Assembly (NCBI GenBank): GCA_043228905.1
Contig: JBHGNT010000005.1
Coordinates: 17,050,001 to 17,114,000, forward strand
DNA from: Azolla caroliniana
Lineage: Eukaryota > Plantae > Polypodiophyta
Length of the DNA: 64,000 nucleotides
Direction of reading: 5' to 3'
Shown: piece by piece, positions 1 through 12,060 of the stretch
How the letters are laid out: every line of letters begins with the position of its first letter
Numbering within the stretch: position 1 is the stretch's first letter
Position numbers and translations under genes: made by a program
The notes under the pieces: generated by a model
The model's input: the letters and a program-made list of their open reading frames with translations, nothing else
The model's database searches: none
Told to the model about the DNA's origin: nothing

Positions 1-174
1 AGCTTGTAGAACCTGGAACTGCAGTGCTTCTTCTGCAATTTGCCGAAGCGTTTTTGAGAATGACCGATCGCGCCGGATCTCGTCGACGGTTAGCTGCAGG
101 GCTTCCCGTCGTCGCTGTCGTTCGGCGTGGCATCTCCCTCTTTCGGTGAGGTGGTCGTTGTTTTGTCTAGACAT
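1..174 (-). CDS. N-terminus of putative gag (partial, open to window edge)
   Basis: ATG at 174, about 35 nt past the PBS-like site. Open frame MSRQNNDHLTERGRCHAERQRRREALQLTVDEIRRD... to the window edge. Confidence 0.4.
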   Translation of the reverse strand, partial: MSRQNNDHLTERGRCHAERQRRREALQLTVDEIRRDRSFSKTLRQIAEEALQFQVLQA

Positions 175-530
175 CCATCCCCCGGTTGTCCTCTGCACTC
201 TGCAGGAATCGTGGTCACCAAAATAGTGTTGTATGTATGGCTGAACTAGCCGCAACACAGGTGTCTATCCGACACTTCTCCAAAGGGGTGGTAGAGATAG
301 GATGTTAATACACGCGTATGATAATTACACTTAAGCACAGACGAAGATAAGATCAATAAGCATAAGCAAGACTATATTAATTCTTCGTAACTTCATTACA
401 AAACATTGGATCCTTTTATAGGCATCCGGCCAGATTACAATCGGTGCTCTTAGGCAACCGTTAACCGAAACCGAATCGGTTCGGATCCGGATCGGTTACA
501 ACTACCAGATCCGTCCCTCCTAATAATTCT
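1..530 (-). mobile_element. 5' end of a Ty3/gypsy (Tat-like) LTR retrotransposon running off the left edge: LTR end at 227, PBS-like site, gag start
   Basis: The minus strand reads ...CATACAACA-CTATTT-TGGTGACCACG (about 210-235), an LTR end plus a tRNA-Arg-like PBS. A TATA-like CCTATAAAAGG lies at about 412-422 on the minus strand. The outer LTR boundary is uncertain. Confidence 0.45.
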
Positions 531-830
531 ATTTATCTATTTATCCGCTTCGACTCCGATTCATCTTTGCTTTCCCATTTGCCTTCTTCTGACCGGCCAA
601 CAATATTCCTCTCGGAATATCTTTCCTGACGACCTCCCGGTGTACGCACTCGGCCTAACCGATCGGTCCCAACCGATCCGATCCTCCGCTTCTTCAGCCG
701 ATCCAGCCGATGTTGAGCTTGTCTCTCAACACCTATAAATAGAGGACACGGCTTCTGAGCAAAGGACACGGTGTACAAGAACAAATAGTCACGGCTCACG
801 GAAAAAGAAATGGAGAGGCAACTATAGGGG

Positions 831-2090
831 ATGCATAACTCCATTTCCAAATTCGAATTGCGGTTAGAGGAAGCCCAATTGGCGACCACCACAGAGGAGC
901 CCTCGACATCCAAAATACAAGCACTACACGAGGAAGTTGAAGCATCTCAGGCGATAAAGGTGAAGGTAGGGAAAGCGGCAGCAAATGCCGAATCAGAAAT
1001 CGAACAGATTCAATCTGAGCTTCGGCAATCATCGGATCATGAGAAGAGTGTTTAGGCCATGGCCCAAAAAAATGGGAAAGCACTCCTAGACAGGCTAGAC
1101 GCATTCATTATCATGCACAACTGGACTCTAGCCACCCTCGATGAACAAAAGGAGGCCTCCACACAGGCCGAACAATCATTCGAGAAACTGATGGAGGCGA
1201 AATCGAAGCAGAAGGAGTGGTATGAAGAACAACTGATAGATGAACGAAAATTGGCGGAGGAAATACAACTCCGAATGTAGTAGGAAATGGTGTGTATGGA
1301 GGAGATGTACGAAAAGGAAAAGCCAATCTTGAGACGAACATGGGTCTCATTCAAGACTATTACGCCTTACAATCAGGGTGTGTTGCAAGTACCATTAAGC
1401 AACTCGAGGCGACCATAGAGCAAATGTGGACAAAGACAGAAATGCCGGTGGAGAGGATCCAAACACTGCTAGAAAATCTGAAGGAAGTCGTCATTCAGAT
1501 GATCTCCGACCGGTTACAACGAGGCTGGGAGGACTGGTCCACACAAGTAGTCGAACTCCACATTTTTCAGACAGGCCAGGAGAACCGAAGGAAAGAAGTC
1601 CATGGATTTTACAAGCTCGACAAGGATAGCGTCAGCATAATTCAAGCAAATCTCGTAGGGAACTACAAGGTGCCCACCGAGCGACACTCCCGAAAATAGT
1701 GCAACGTTTGGAAGATTTCAGTGAAGACCAAATTAGGTTCGCACTAGAAATGGAAGCATACAAGACCGAACACGTGCAGGAGGAAAAAGAGCAAGAGACT
1801 ACGGAGGAGTCGGAAACCATCTAGCTCCCCGACAGCAAATCGGTCCACTCCCCAGACGAACCTCACCCCACAGAGCCCGTACCCACCCTTGACACGGACA
1901 ACATTGAGGAACAACCGGCCGAGGAGATTCCGAAGAGCACAAAGTAACAGGCGGAGCTCACCACCCCTCCCTAGCCACAACCCCAAGAAACCCTACAGGA
2001 GAACAAACGGAACGAACACACCGTCGAGCCGCAACTGACCCCAACCCCAAACCCCCAATGCGAACTCGAATCGACTCTAACCGAACTGAA
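831..2090 (+). pseudogene. Degenerate E/K/Q-rich coiled-coil ORF, probably a retrotransposon accessory ORF
   Basis: ORFs 831-1055 and 1059-1280 share a frame separated by one stop, followed by 1292-1699. Heptad-like composition and a P/E/T-rich tail; no recognisable catalytic motif. Confidence 0.4.
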
Positions 2091-2693
2091 CATTTTGCAC
2101 ATTTTTGAAGAAGCCTCATTGGCTCGTGGGTTCAACTGTGCATGCACTATCCCACAGGCGTGCCATGTGTTGGCCGTTTCAAACGACCAAGTGGGAAGGG
2201 GGGAGGGGAGGAAACGGTTACCAGCCGAATTAAAAACGGATGGGGCCGAGGGTAGTAGTAAAGAAGAAAAAAATAGTAATTATTTTAATAGTAGTAACAG
2301 TTCACGCTCTGTTCGTAATTGTCCATGACTCCTATAAAAGGGGTCATGGGAAGCCTGTAAAAGGTGGCGAACATTATTGTATCATTTTGCAACTTTTAAT
2401 AGAATCTTGTTTGCCTAATACTCTAAGTATTATATTGTGTCGTAATTTATCCATGTTGAGTCTCTACGTTCTGTGTAACGTTTCCATAACTAGTCGGTTG
2501 TAAACGGCTCGTGTTCATCTCCACAGTCGCACAGTCACGTTCTGTTTGATCCCTACTCAAAGTCCGTATCTTTTGGAGTTCACTGAACAATGCGAGCAAC
2601 GTTGCTCTTCCCCGAACACAAGACCTTGAGTCGAGTACACAAAGAACCAGATGTTCGGCACCGTGTTACCTTGAGTCGGTAACAAAAAAGACA

Positions 2694-3348
2694 AAAAGAT
2701 ATGGTGTAGTGGTTACAATTATTCATTAGGCACGTGGGGTGTGTAGAGTTCGATTTTCTATCAACCTAGCATAGATTAAACACTATTTGTTCCTTCTTCT
2801 TTTTAGAAGAAAGATAGGGAATAAGTGCATTTAATGCCAAATTTTGGCATCTCTTCTTCTCTATAAAAAGAAGGAGAAGAGGGCTTATTTCAAGTCACCC
2901 ATTTTGTGTTTCGGAGTGTACCATTAGTGTTTTGGGTTTCTCTTCTAATCTTCTTTTTTTGAACATTAAATTTTGTGAGGCTTCTTCTTCTTCAACTCAA
3001 CGTACTTGAGGGCTTAAAGTTTCATTTTTCCTCTTCTTCATGAGCTTTTGGGTTCTTCTTCTCGCTCTTCTTCTTTTTCTCAAGCATACCATGAGACTAA
3101 CTCGATCGCAAGCGCCATTATGCATCGGTGGATTCAAAAGAGGCCAAAGGTAGAAAAGGATATTTAATAATAAAAAAACTGAAAAAGATATGGTGTAGTG
3201 GTTACAACTATTCATTAGGCTCGAGGGGGGTGTAGAGTTAGATTTTCTATCAACCTTATTTATTCCTTCTTTTTCCAAGAAAGATAGGGAATAAGTGCAT
3301 TTAATGCCAAAATTTGACGCCTCTTCTTCTCTATAAATAAAAGGATAA
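2694..3348 (+). repeat. Tandem LTR-like repeat of about 490 bp; unit 2 is split by the large copia insertion and continues at 36409-36690
   Basis: AAAAAGATATGGTGTAGTGGTTACAA begins units at about 2694 and 3183. Sequence 2876-3143 matches 36409-36690. Confidence 0.8.
2695..2768 (+). ncRNA. tRNA-like Pol III cassette, not a functional tRNA; decayed second copy at about 3184-3256
   Basis: A-box TGGTGTAGTGG at 2702-2712. T-arm TAGAG-TTCGATT-TTCTA at 2744-2760. A-to-B spacing is tRNA-like; no acceptor or anticodon stem. Confidence 0.55.
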
Positions 3349-3468
3349 TGTTGAGTGACTAGCTCAACGTGAGCCGAATCGGCTTAAGGCCAAAAGGCTA
3401 AAGAAGCCGAGAACCGAATCGGCTAGAAAGGATTGGTTGTAGAAGCCATTAGGACCACAAGTGTTTTT

Positions 3469-6400
3469 TGATGGTAATAGTGCTCAGCCACAACTGAGTC
3501 TCAAACTCACAATGGAAGAAATAAATAGAAAGTAGCAATGCACTTAAAAAGACAACAGAGATGACACATAATGTTTACATGGAAATCTGTAATCGGTAAA
3601 AAGCACGGGAGCCCACAGAATCCAACTATCACTATGAGAGGAAGGGTACAATGGGAGACTCAGAGGCAATGACCTCAAGCTCTATCTTCGCCTACTGGCG
3701 GTTACAACAACAAAAAAATGACTCTCTGTATCTCTCTCTCTCTCTCTTTCGTTGTCTGTCTTTACTATTGAAGATATATGCATAGGACTTAAGAAATCGG
3801 CCTCTCGAAAGGCAAGCGATCTTCAATGTATAAAGGCTGAAATGCTCAAATGGATGGGAAAGGAAGCACATGTATGGATAGGCGATATGTTTAATGATGC
3901 ATTGCAACATGGTATGTCGTACGATTGGACTACAAATTGGAACAAACCTTTACATAAAGGTGGAGATGTAAATAATGTAAACAACTATCGAACTATCATG
4001 GGTGGCTCATTAATGGCAAAACTGTTTGGATGGATAATGGAATCAAAGATAAGTGTATGGGCAGAAAAAAATGGTAAGAGAGCTTATGGACAAACTGGCT
4101 TTCGAAAACACCATAACACCATTGATCACCTTGTCACCCTTCGGGGATTAATGGAGGAAAGTCGCCTTAGAGGTAAAGGTTTATATTGTTGCTTTGTAAA
4201 CTTCAAGAAAGTTTTTGATATGGTACCTCGTGAGCATCTTTGGAGGCGAATGGAAGAACTTGAGGCGCCAAGTGAATATATACTTGCAATTTCCCGAATT
4301 TATGAGAAGGTTATATGTTGTGTGCGCATGAGAGATAAACTTTCAGATTATTTCAAAAGCACTATTGGTGTTAAGCAAGGATGCCCACTCTCACCAACAC
4401 TATTTGGTCAATGCATTGATGAAATGGAAGAAATGGTTACCAAGTTTGCAAAGGAAGAATGTGTTGAAGAAGTTGTCATTGGGAATGTTGTGATTATGCT
4501 TTTGCTATATGCAAATGATGTAGTGTTTTTTGCAAATACTTCAAGAGATGCACAAAAGCTTATGAAGGCATTGGAAAAAAATTGCATGCATACTAAATTA
4601 AGTGTCAATAGCTCTAAAATAAAGATTATGCTTGTGAAGAGTGAAAAAAGAGATAAACCATGCATTATGTACAACAATGAGCCACTTGAATGTGTGGAAA
4701 GCTTCAAATATCTTGGCCTTGAAGTTCCATCAAATGATAGATGGAATGAATGAGCTTCACGCCGCTTAGAGGCAGGTAAGCGAGCATACTATGCATTTGA
4801 GAACACATGCAATCTTGGAGATATTAAGTGTTGGGTCCTCAAGAAATATCTTTTCGACACTTTGGTGACACCGGTTCTTCTCTATGGGGTGGAAGTATGG
4901 GGCGGTAGTATCCCTAAATCTATGTGGAAAGAGTTTGAAAATGTCCAAAAACATTTTCTTACAAAGTTTCTACAAGTCAAGAAACAAACGCCCTACACCC
5001 TCCTCCTCCTTGAGACGGGATCGCTTCCCATTGAGATCATGGACATGGAAAGGGTTGTTGAATACATGCTTAAGGTTCAAAAAAGTTCCTCACATCGACT
5101 TCCTAGAATTGCATGGGAAGCAAGCAAAAACATCCAAAAGACGCATAAAAGCAAAATTTTGTGTTTTGGTTGGATGCAAGATATAGAAAAATGGTTTGGT
5201 AGATGGGATGCGAGACACTTGCTTTATGATGCATCATTAGATTCCTCTATAAATGAGGCATTTTTGCAACTCCAATATATCATGACATGGGACAAATATG
5301 GAGGCTCACGCTTCACACATTATACTACACATGTTGCACCTAACTACAAAACCATATTCTTTGTGGAACGGGGAAATCATACACATCGATACATGTTAGA
5401 GCCCATACCGTTATCTGTCATTCAAACCATTGCTTCCATGCGACTTAGCTCACATGCATTGTGATGTGAGACAGGGCGTTGGGGCACAAGTGAAGAGAGT
5501 GGTCGGCTATGCACACTTTGCCCTAAACAAGTTCGCGAGTCTGAGTATCACACTTTGATACAATGCTCTGCCTTTGATCATATTCGACCATGCTTTCCAC
5601 ATCTCTTCGACCGAGCCCAATCCTTGCATGAATTCCTCTCACAACCATAATGTGCACTCTTGATTGCAACATTCATTAGTAAAGTTCTTGAACATTGAGA
5701 GTCACTCCTCACTTTCACACATATCACGTGAAATGATTTTTGGTCTCACAGGTCATATTTGACCTCCAAAGATGATAATATAATCTATCTATCTGCACTC
5801 TGTACAACAATAATGATAACAACATCTTGTTGAGCATTGTTGCCCTAGTTATATTTATACTATATAACTTTAGGACTTTTTACAAATATGACCTGAAACA
5901 ATCACATCGGAACATATACATAAACTAATGTCTGGCCGGATACCAAACCGGATCCCATCTGGAGGGACCGAATTCCCAACAAACTCCCCCTTCACTCCGG
6001 CATGGGATGTCTTGTCAATTCGATCCGTTTCTAGCACATGTCCAGCCTCTCAACTGACAACACCATAGTCAATATGTCCAACCTGTTCTCCTCCATGTGG
6101 ATCTTCGTTAGTGAAAACTCTTTATCTTCTACTTTCTCCCGGAGCCAGTGGTATCTCCTATGGATGTGCTTGGTCTAGGAATGGAGGTCGCGTTCTTCAC
6201 GAGGTGGATGGCACTCTGACTGTCGCAATAAAGCCGGAATTCCTCCTGCCGCATCCCTAGCTCTCCGATGAAGTCCTTCATCTAGATTACCTCTTTGTCG
6301 GCTTCTACAGCCATCATGTATTCCACTTCCATTGTTGATAGTGCAATGGACTTTTGCACCCTCGACTGCCACGATACAACCCCCCCCTGCATATGTCATT

Positions 6401-9400
6401 ACATATCTGGATGTAGACCGGCTGGTGTCCGCATCAACCGACATGTCCGAATCAGTGAAGCCTTCCAATAGGGGTTTATCAGAGGCACATGTTCGAGGTG
6501 CCTTTCAGGTACTTGAGTATCCACTTAGTTGTTGCCCAGTGGCCCTTTCCCAGATTCCTCATGAACCGGTTGACCACTCCGATTGCATATCCGATGTCCG
6601 ACCGGGTACATGCCATTGCGTACATCAAGCTTCCAACGGCAGAGGCATATGGTACCTTCATCATCTCCGACTTCTCTGTCTTTGTCTTTGTCTTTGGGCT
6701 TTGTTTCCCGTACATCTTGCAGTTTGCCGGAAGTGTAGACCCGACCGGCTTCGCATCCGACATGTTGAATCTTTGAAGCAACTTTGTCACATACGTCTCC
6801 TGTGACAACCACAACTGCTTCTTCGTCCGGTCCCAGATTATATGCTTCCCCAATATCTGCTTCGCCGGACCCATATCTTTCCTTGCGAATGACCGGCTCA
6901 AGGCCTTCTTCAACATCCCGATTTTGATATGGTCCCGTCCAACGATTAGCATATCGTCCATGTATAGCAGCAGTATGAGGAAGTCTCCTTCATCGAACTT
7001 CTTCACAAATACACAGTGATCGGCCTACATCTTGTGGTATCCTTGGTCGTTCATGAAGGAGTCAAACTTCTGGTACCATTGTCAGGGATCTTGCTTCAGT
7101 CCATACAAGCTCTTGTTCAATCGGCACACCAGGTGCTCCTTCCCTTGCTTGACAAATCCCTCCGATTGCTGCATGTAAATCTCCTCCTCGATGTTCCCGT
7201 GAAGGAACATCGTCTTAACATCGAGTTATTCAACCTCGAGGTCCATGCTCACCATTATGCCTAGTATCGTCAAGATTGAAGTCATCTTGACTACCGGGAC
7301 AAAGATCTCGTCGAAATCCACTCCTTTCTTTAGCTGGAAGCCCTTCACCACAATGCAGGCTTTGTACCTTGGTGGATTTTCAACGTCTCCCGGTTTCAAC
7401 TTGTACACCCACTTGTTCCGAAGCGCTCTCTTTCCCTTTGGCAGCTCCGTCAGCTCATATGTGTGGTTCTCATGTAGGGAATCCATCTCATCCTACATGA
7501 CACTTAACCACTTGCGGTTGTGGGTATCTTTTTTTGCTTCTTCGAAGTTTCTGGCTCCCCCTCATCGGTCAACAACATTTGCTCTGCATCCGGAAATCTC
7601 CAGGGGGCTCTTCTCTTGCTGAGAGGATATCTTCTTCCTTGGTTCTCGACCACCGGTTCCGCTATTTGTTCTTCATCCGAATCTGATTCGGGTCTTGTCC
7701 GGTTCCGGTGTCCAAATCTTCTTCTTCAATCGGTTCGGTTTCTTGTCCAACTTTGACCAGTTCTTTGAGTGTCATTCGGCTTCCGGCCAGATGGGTCCTT
7801 GTGTCTTTCGACCGATCTCTGTCTGACGACCCGAGTTCGTTGTCTTCTTCTCTGACTCCTAGTCAATAATGGTCTTGTCTTCCATGAAGACTATGTCTCG
7901 ATTCCAAAAAACCTTCTTGTCGACCAAGTCCCACACTCGATAGCCAAACTCATCATCGTCGTACCCAAGGAATATGCATGGTCGAGACTTCGGATCCAAT
8001 TTTGTTCTCGTGTCCTTTGCAACATGCACGTAGGAGAGATAGCCGAACACCTTCAAATGCCGGTAAGCCATGTTTTTACCGATTCATACTCTCTATGCTG
8101 TGTCTCTGTACAAGGGTGATGCAGGTGATCTATTTATCAGATAGGTCACTGTCATCAGCACCTCAGCCCAAAACGTCTTGGAAAACTTAGCATGTGCTAG
8201 CATGCTCCGGACTCTCTCCATCACAGTCTGGTTCATCCTTTCGGCCAATCCGTTCAGCTCCGGTGTCTTCGGCATGGTAAATTTGAGCCGGATTCCCTTT
8301 GACTGGCAATACTCCTCAAACTACCCCTGGTACTGTCCATTGTTGTCTGCTCAAACTGCCTTCAGCTTCTAGCTGGTTTCTCTTTCCACTCTTGCGTGGA
8401 ACTCCTTGAAGATGGTTAGCACCTGATCCTTCGTCTTCAATGGTGATACCCACAACTTCTAGCTATGGTCATCTATGAACATCACGAAGTATTGTGATCC
8501 GGCATGTGACGTCGTGTCCACTTGACATACATCGGTATGCACAAGTTCTCGCGGTGCATCTCGTCTCACCGATGATCTTGACTGGAAAGAGGTTCGGGTT
8601 TGCTTATCGGCCAAGCAGTCGGTGCATCTCTCAAGTTGCATGTCTTTCACCTCTGGAATGAGGTTGTCCTCGGCAAGTGTATGCATCCCTTTCTGGCTCA
8701 TGTGACACAACCTCTTGTTCGTAGCTCACTAGTAGTGTCGAATACTAAGTTCACTTCTTCCCGGCATATTCGAGCATGCATTAGGTACAGAGTGTTGATT
8801 TTCCGGGCTCGGGTCACGATCAGGCTCCCTTTGCTGAACTTCATGACTCCGTTCCAAATGTTACCCATGTAGCCTTCATCATCCAGCCGACTGACTGATA
8901 TCAGGTTCAGTCGAACCTCAGGAATATGTCATACATCTTTCAACAACAACTTGCACCCAATTGATGTGGTCAAGCACATATCACCTATGCCGACAATTCT
9001 GCATGCTCTTTCATTTCCCATCCGGACGGAACTGTGGTCGTCGGCTCTATAAGATGAGAAGCATTTCCGATCGGGGGTCAGATGGAATGATGCTCCGGAA
9101 TCGACAACCCATGACATCTCGTCTCTCACTAGGTGCATCTCATTCTCCTCAGTGAGTAGCATTTCTTCCTCACTTGTTGCGATGGATGTCGTTCCTTTCC
9201 GATCCGAATTCCTCCGGTTCAGACCCTTCTTCGAGTCGGCACTGTCGGTTCCTTTCTCCTTCCAGAAGTGTCGGCAATTCTTCTGGAAGTGCCCTACTTC
9301 CCACAGTAGAAGCACGTGGGCCTCCACCTTGACTTCGACCTCGTCCCTGATTTGTCCCGGTTCAGGGGACTTCGATTCCGGCCTCTTCCCCGATGATTGT

Positions 9401-10552
9401 CGGTTTCCGCAACCAAAGCCTTCGAATCATTTCCGGATTCCTGATCTTTCCGGTGAGCTTCTTCATCTAGCAAGCTTGATTTTACCCTTGCTAGGGATAG
9501 GTGTTCCCCTTCCAACCCGATGTTGCTCAAAGTGACAACTAGCATCTCCCAACTATTTGGGAGGGAACCGAGCAACAACAACGTGAGTATCTTGTCGGCT
9601 AGAGGTACTTCCAACAAGGTTGTTTGGTTTATAAGCCCCTAGCATTCATGTGCTCTGCCATACTGGATTCGTCTTGGTATCAGAGTCTCACTAACTTCCG
9701 GAATACTAAGACCCGATTCACAGCATTTTTACTCTCCAACATGGAACCGATTTTCTCCTAGAGCACATGAGCCTTACATTCTTCGTTGAAGTTGTTGTGT
9801 AGGCTCATATCAATGAAGTATCTTCTTTATGTCGTCGTCTTCATATGCATCACCTCCCAGGTCGTGGCATCAATCTTGTCCAGTCTTTTGTCTCCAAACT
9901 GTACCGGCAGCCATAAATCTTTAACCACCAACATGTCCCTCATCTTCGACTTCCACACTGGTTAGTTGGAGCCGGTGAGCTTGAACATGCCGCCAAATGG
10001 ATCTTCCATGCTCTGATACCAATTTGATGGAAATAGTGCTCGGCCATAACCGAGTCTCAAACTCACAATGGAAGAAATAAACAGAAAGTAGCAATGCACT
10101 TACACAAACAACAGAGACGACGCCGAATGTTTACGTGGAAAACCCTAATCTGGAAAAACTACAGGAGCCCATAGACTCCAACTATCACTATGAGAGGAAG
10201 GGTACAATGGGAGACTTAGAGCCAATGACCTCAAGCTCTATCTTCGCCTACTGGCAGTTACAATAATAAAAAAACGACTCTTTGTATCTCTCTCTCTCTC
10301 TCTCTCTGCACTCTGTACAACAATAATGATAACAACATCCACTTGAGCATTGTTGCCCTAGTTATATTTATACTTATGTAACTTTAGGACTATTTACAAA
10401 TTTGACCTAAAATAGTAACATCGGAACATATACATAAACTAATGTCTGGCCGGATACCAAACCAGATATCTTTCGGATCCATTTGGTCCGGTTCTTTCCT
10501 TCGGCTCATTTGGCCAATCCGATTCTCATCTGGAGGGACTGAATTCCCAACG
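3469..10552 (-). mobile_element. Copia-1: Ty1/copia (Tnt1/Tork-like) LTR retrotransposon, degenerate
   Basis: LTRs 3469-5981 (LINE-interrupted) and 10025-10552. PBS TGGTATCAGAGC at 10021-10010, PPT 5982-5992, TSD TTTTT/ATTTT. Gag-PR-INT-RT-RH fragments 10009->5992 (WVVDSGAS, HTDVC, LYMDDML) with many stops and frameshifts. Confidence 0.92.
3750..5794 (+). mobile_element. 5'-truncated LINE (RTE group, RTEX-like) with RT and C-terminal CCHC finger, pseudogenised
   Basis: RT motifs QTGFRKHH.TIDH, FVNFKKVFDMV, GVKQGCPLSPTLF, LLYANDV, FKYLG. C-terminal RLCTLC...ESEYHTLIQC. In-frame stops at 4751 and 5462. (TCTA)n tail. Confidence 0.9.
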
Positions 10553-10589
10553 ATTTTGCGGAATTGAGCGTATAGGAATAGTATAGGTC

Positions 10590-10801
10590 AATTAGTGTCA
10601 GAGCTCATGAATGAGTTGATGGTACTTGTGTCAGTATCTCTTGTTGTATAAAAAGGGCTCGATGAGCACATTGAATGTACAAAGTCTTTTTGTAATAGAA
10701 TTGTTTTGTTGTCTACTAACTCTACTCATCGAGCCCTTTTTATACAACAAGAGGAACTGACACAAGTACCATCAACTCATTCATGAGCTCTGACACTAAT
10801 T
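10590..10801. repeat. 77-bp inverted repeat at a LINE 5' junction
   Basis: 10725-10801 is the reverse complement of 10590-10666, with 2 mismatches seen. Confidence 0.9.
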
Positions 10802-10802
10802 T

Positions 10803-11159
10803 GTTGTTCCATGCGACTTAGCTCACATGCATTGCGATGTGAAAGAGGGCATTGGGGCACAAGTGATGAGAGTGATCAACTATGCACACTTTGCCCTAAA
10901 CAAGTTCGCGAGTCTGAGTATCACACTTTGATACAATGCTCTGCCTTTGATCATATTCAACCATGCTTTCCACATCTCTTCGACCGAGCCCAATCATTGC
11001 ATGAATTCATCTCACAACCACAATGTGCACTCTCGATTGCAACATTCATTGGTAAAGTTCTTGAACATCGAGAGTCACTACTCACTTTCACATGTATCAC
11101 GTGAAATGTAATATTTTTGGTCTCATAGGTCATATTTGACCTCCGAAGACGATAATATA

Positions 11160-11227
<68 letters not shown>

Positions 11228-11228
11228 C
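10803..11228 (+). mobile_element. 3' fragment of the same LINE family with long (TCTA)n tail
   Basis: Matches 5430-5794: MRLSSHALRCE...CTLC...EYH...C, followed by about 16 TCTA units. Confidence 0.9.
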
Positions 11229-11516
11229 TCACTGTGTACTTGCCTCTCAGACTCATTCTCTGTGTTTTACCTAATTGTCTACTATTTGTCTGGCTAAGCT
11301 GCCTGTGTCCGTGCATACAAGCTTTCCCAACTTACTTTTTATATGGTATTAGAGCATGAGGGCTAAGAAGAATCCTTTGCAGTCGTCAAGCGCTTTAACA
11401 CATACAAGGTGAATATCTTTCGGACATAAATCGACAGGAACATGGACAGAGGAATGGGTGCCCCGTGACCGTCAGAAAAACTCGACAAGAGCAACTATGC
11501 ATCTTGGGCATACAAG

Positions 11517-12060
11517 TGTTAGGAATATGTCCCTCCTATGGGAGGAGACGACTAGTTGGGCCGAGAGTCGACAGTCAAAGACAAGGAGAAACCTACTCGT
11601 CGGGCCGAGAGCCAATAGTCGAAGGCAAAGGGGGAGTCAACAGTATACAAAGTGATCCAGGTTGAAGACACGACCAACTAGTCAGGCCGACGAGATGGTC
11701 GACGATAAGGCCAACTGAATAGCCGACACAAGAGTCGATTGGTTGATTAGTCAGCTGATTAACTATTATTGTTATAATAGGAATGACAATAGCAATGGCT
11801 ACATTTGCAAATAGCCCATACAATGTATAAGTATAACTACACTCAGGTCAAACATTGTGTCTCTTGGTTGTTGATTGTGTAGAACAATGTTAGCATAGAA
11901 TAGACAGAGAGTGTGTGTGATAGTGAGGGTGTGTGCTTGAGCGAGAGAGAGTAGCAACAAAGTTAAACGAACTTGCTAAGAACCCTAAGCAGGTTATCCT
12001 CTGAGAAGTTTGTAACCATTTTTTCCTGTATTCTCCTGTATAGTGGATCTCTGTTAGACA
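11517..12060. mobile_element. LTR-like insertion interrupting the host gag
   Basis: Begins TGTTAGG directly after gag codons ...WAYK and ends ...AGACA before gag resumes. No matching TSD. Confidence 0.5.
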
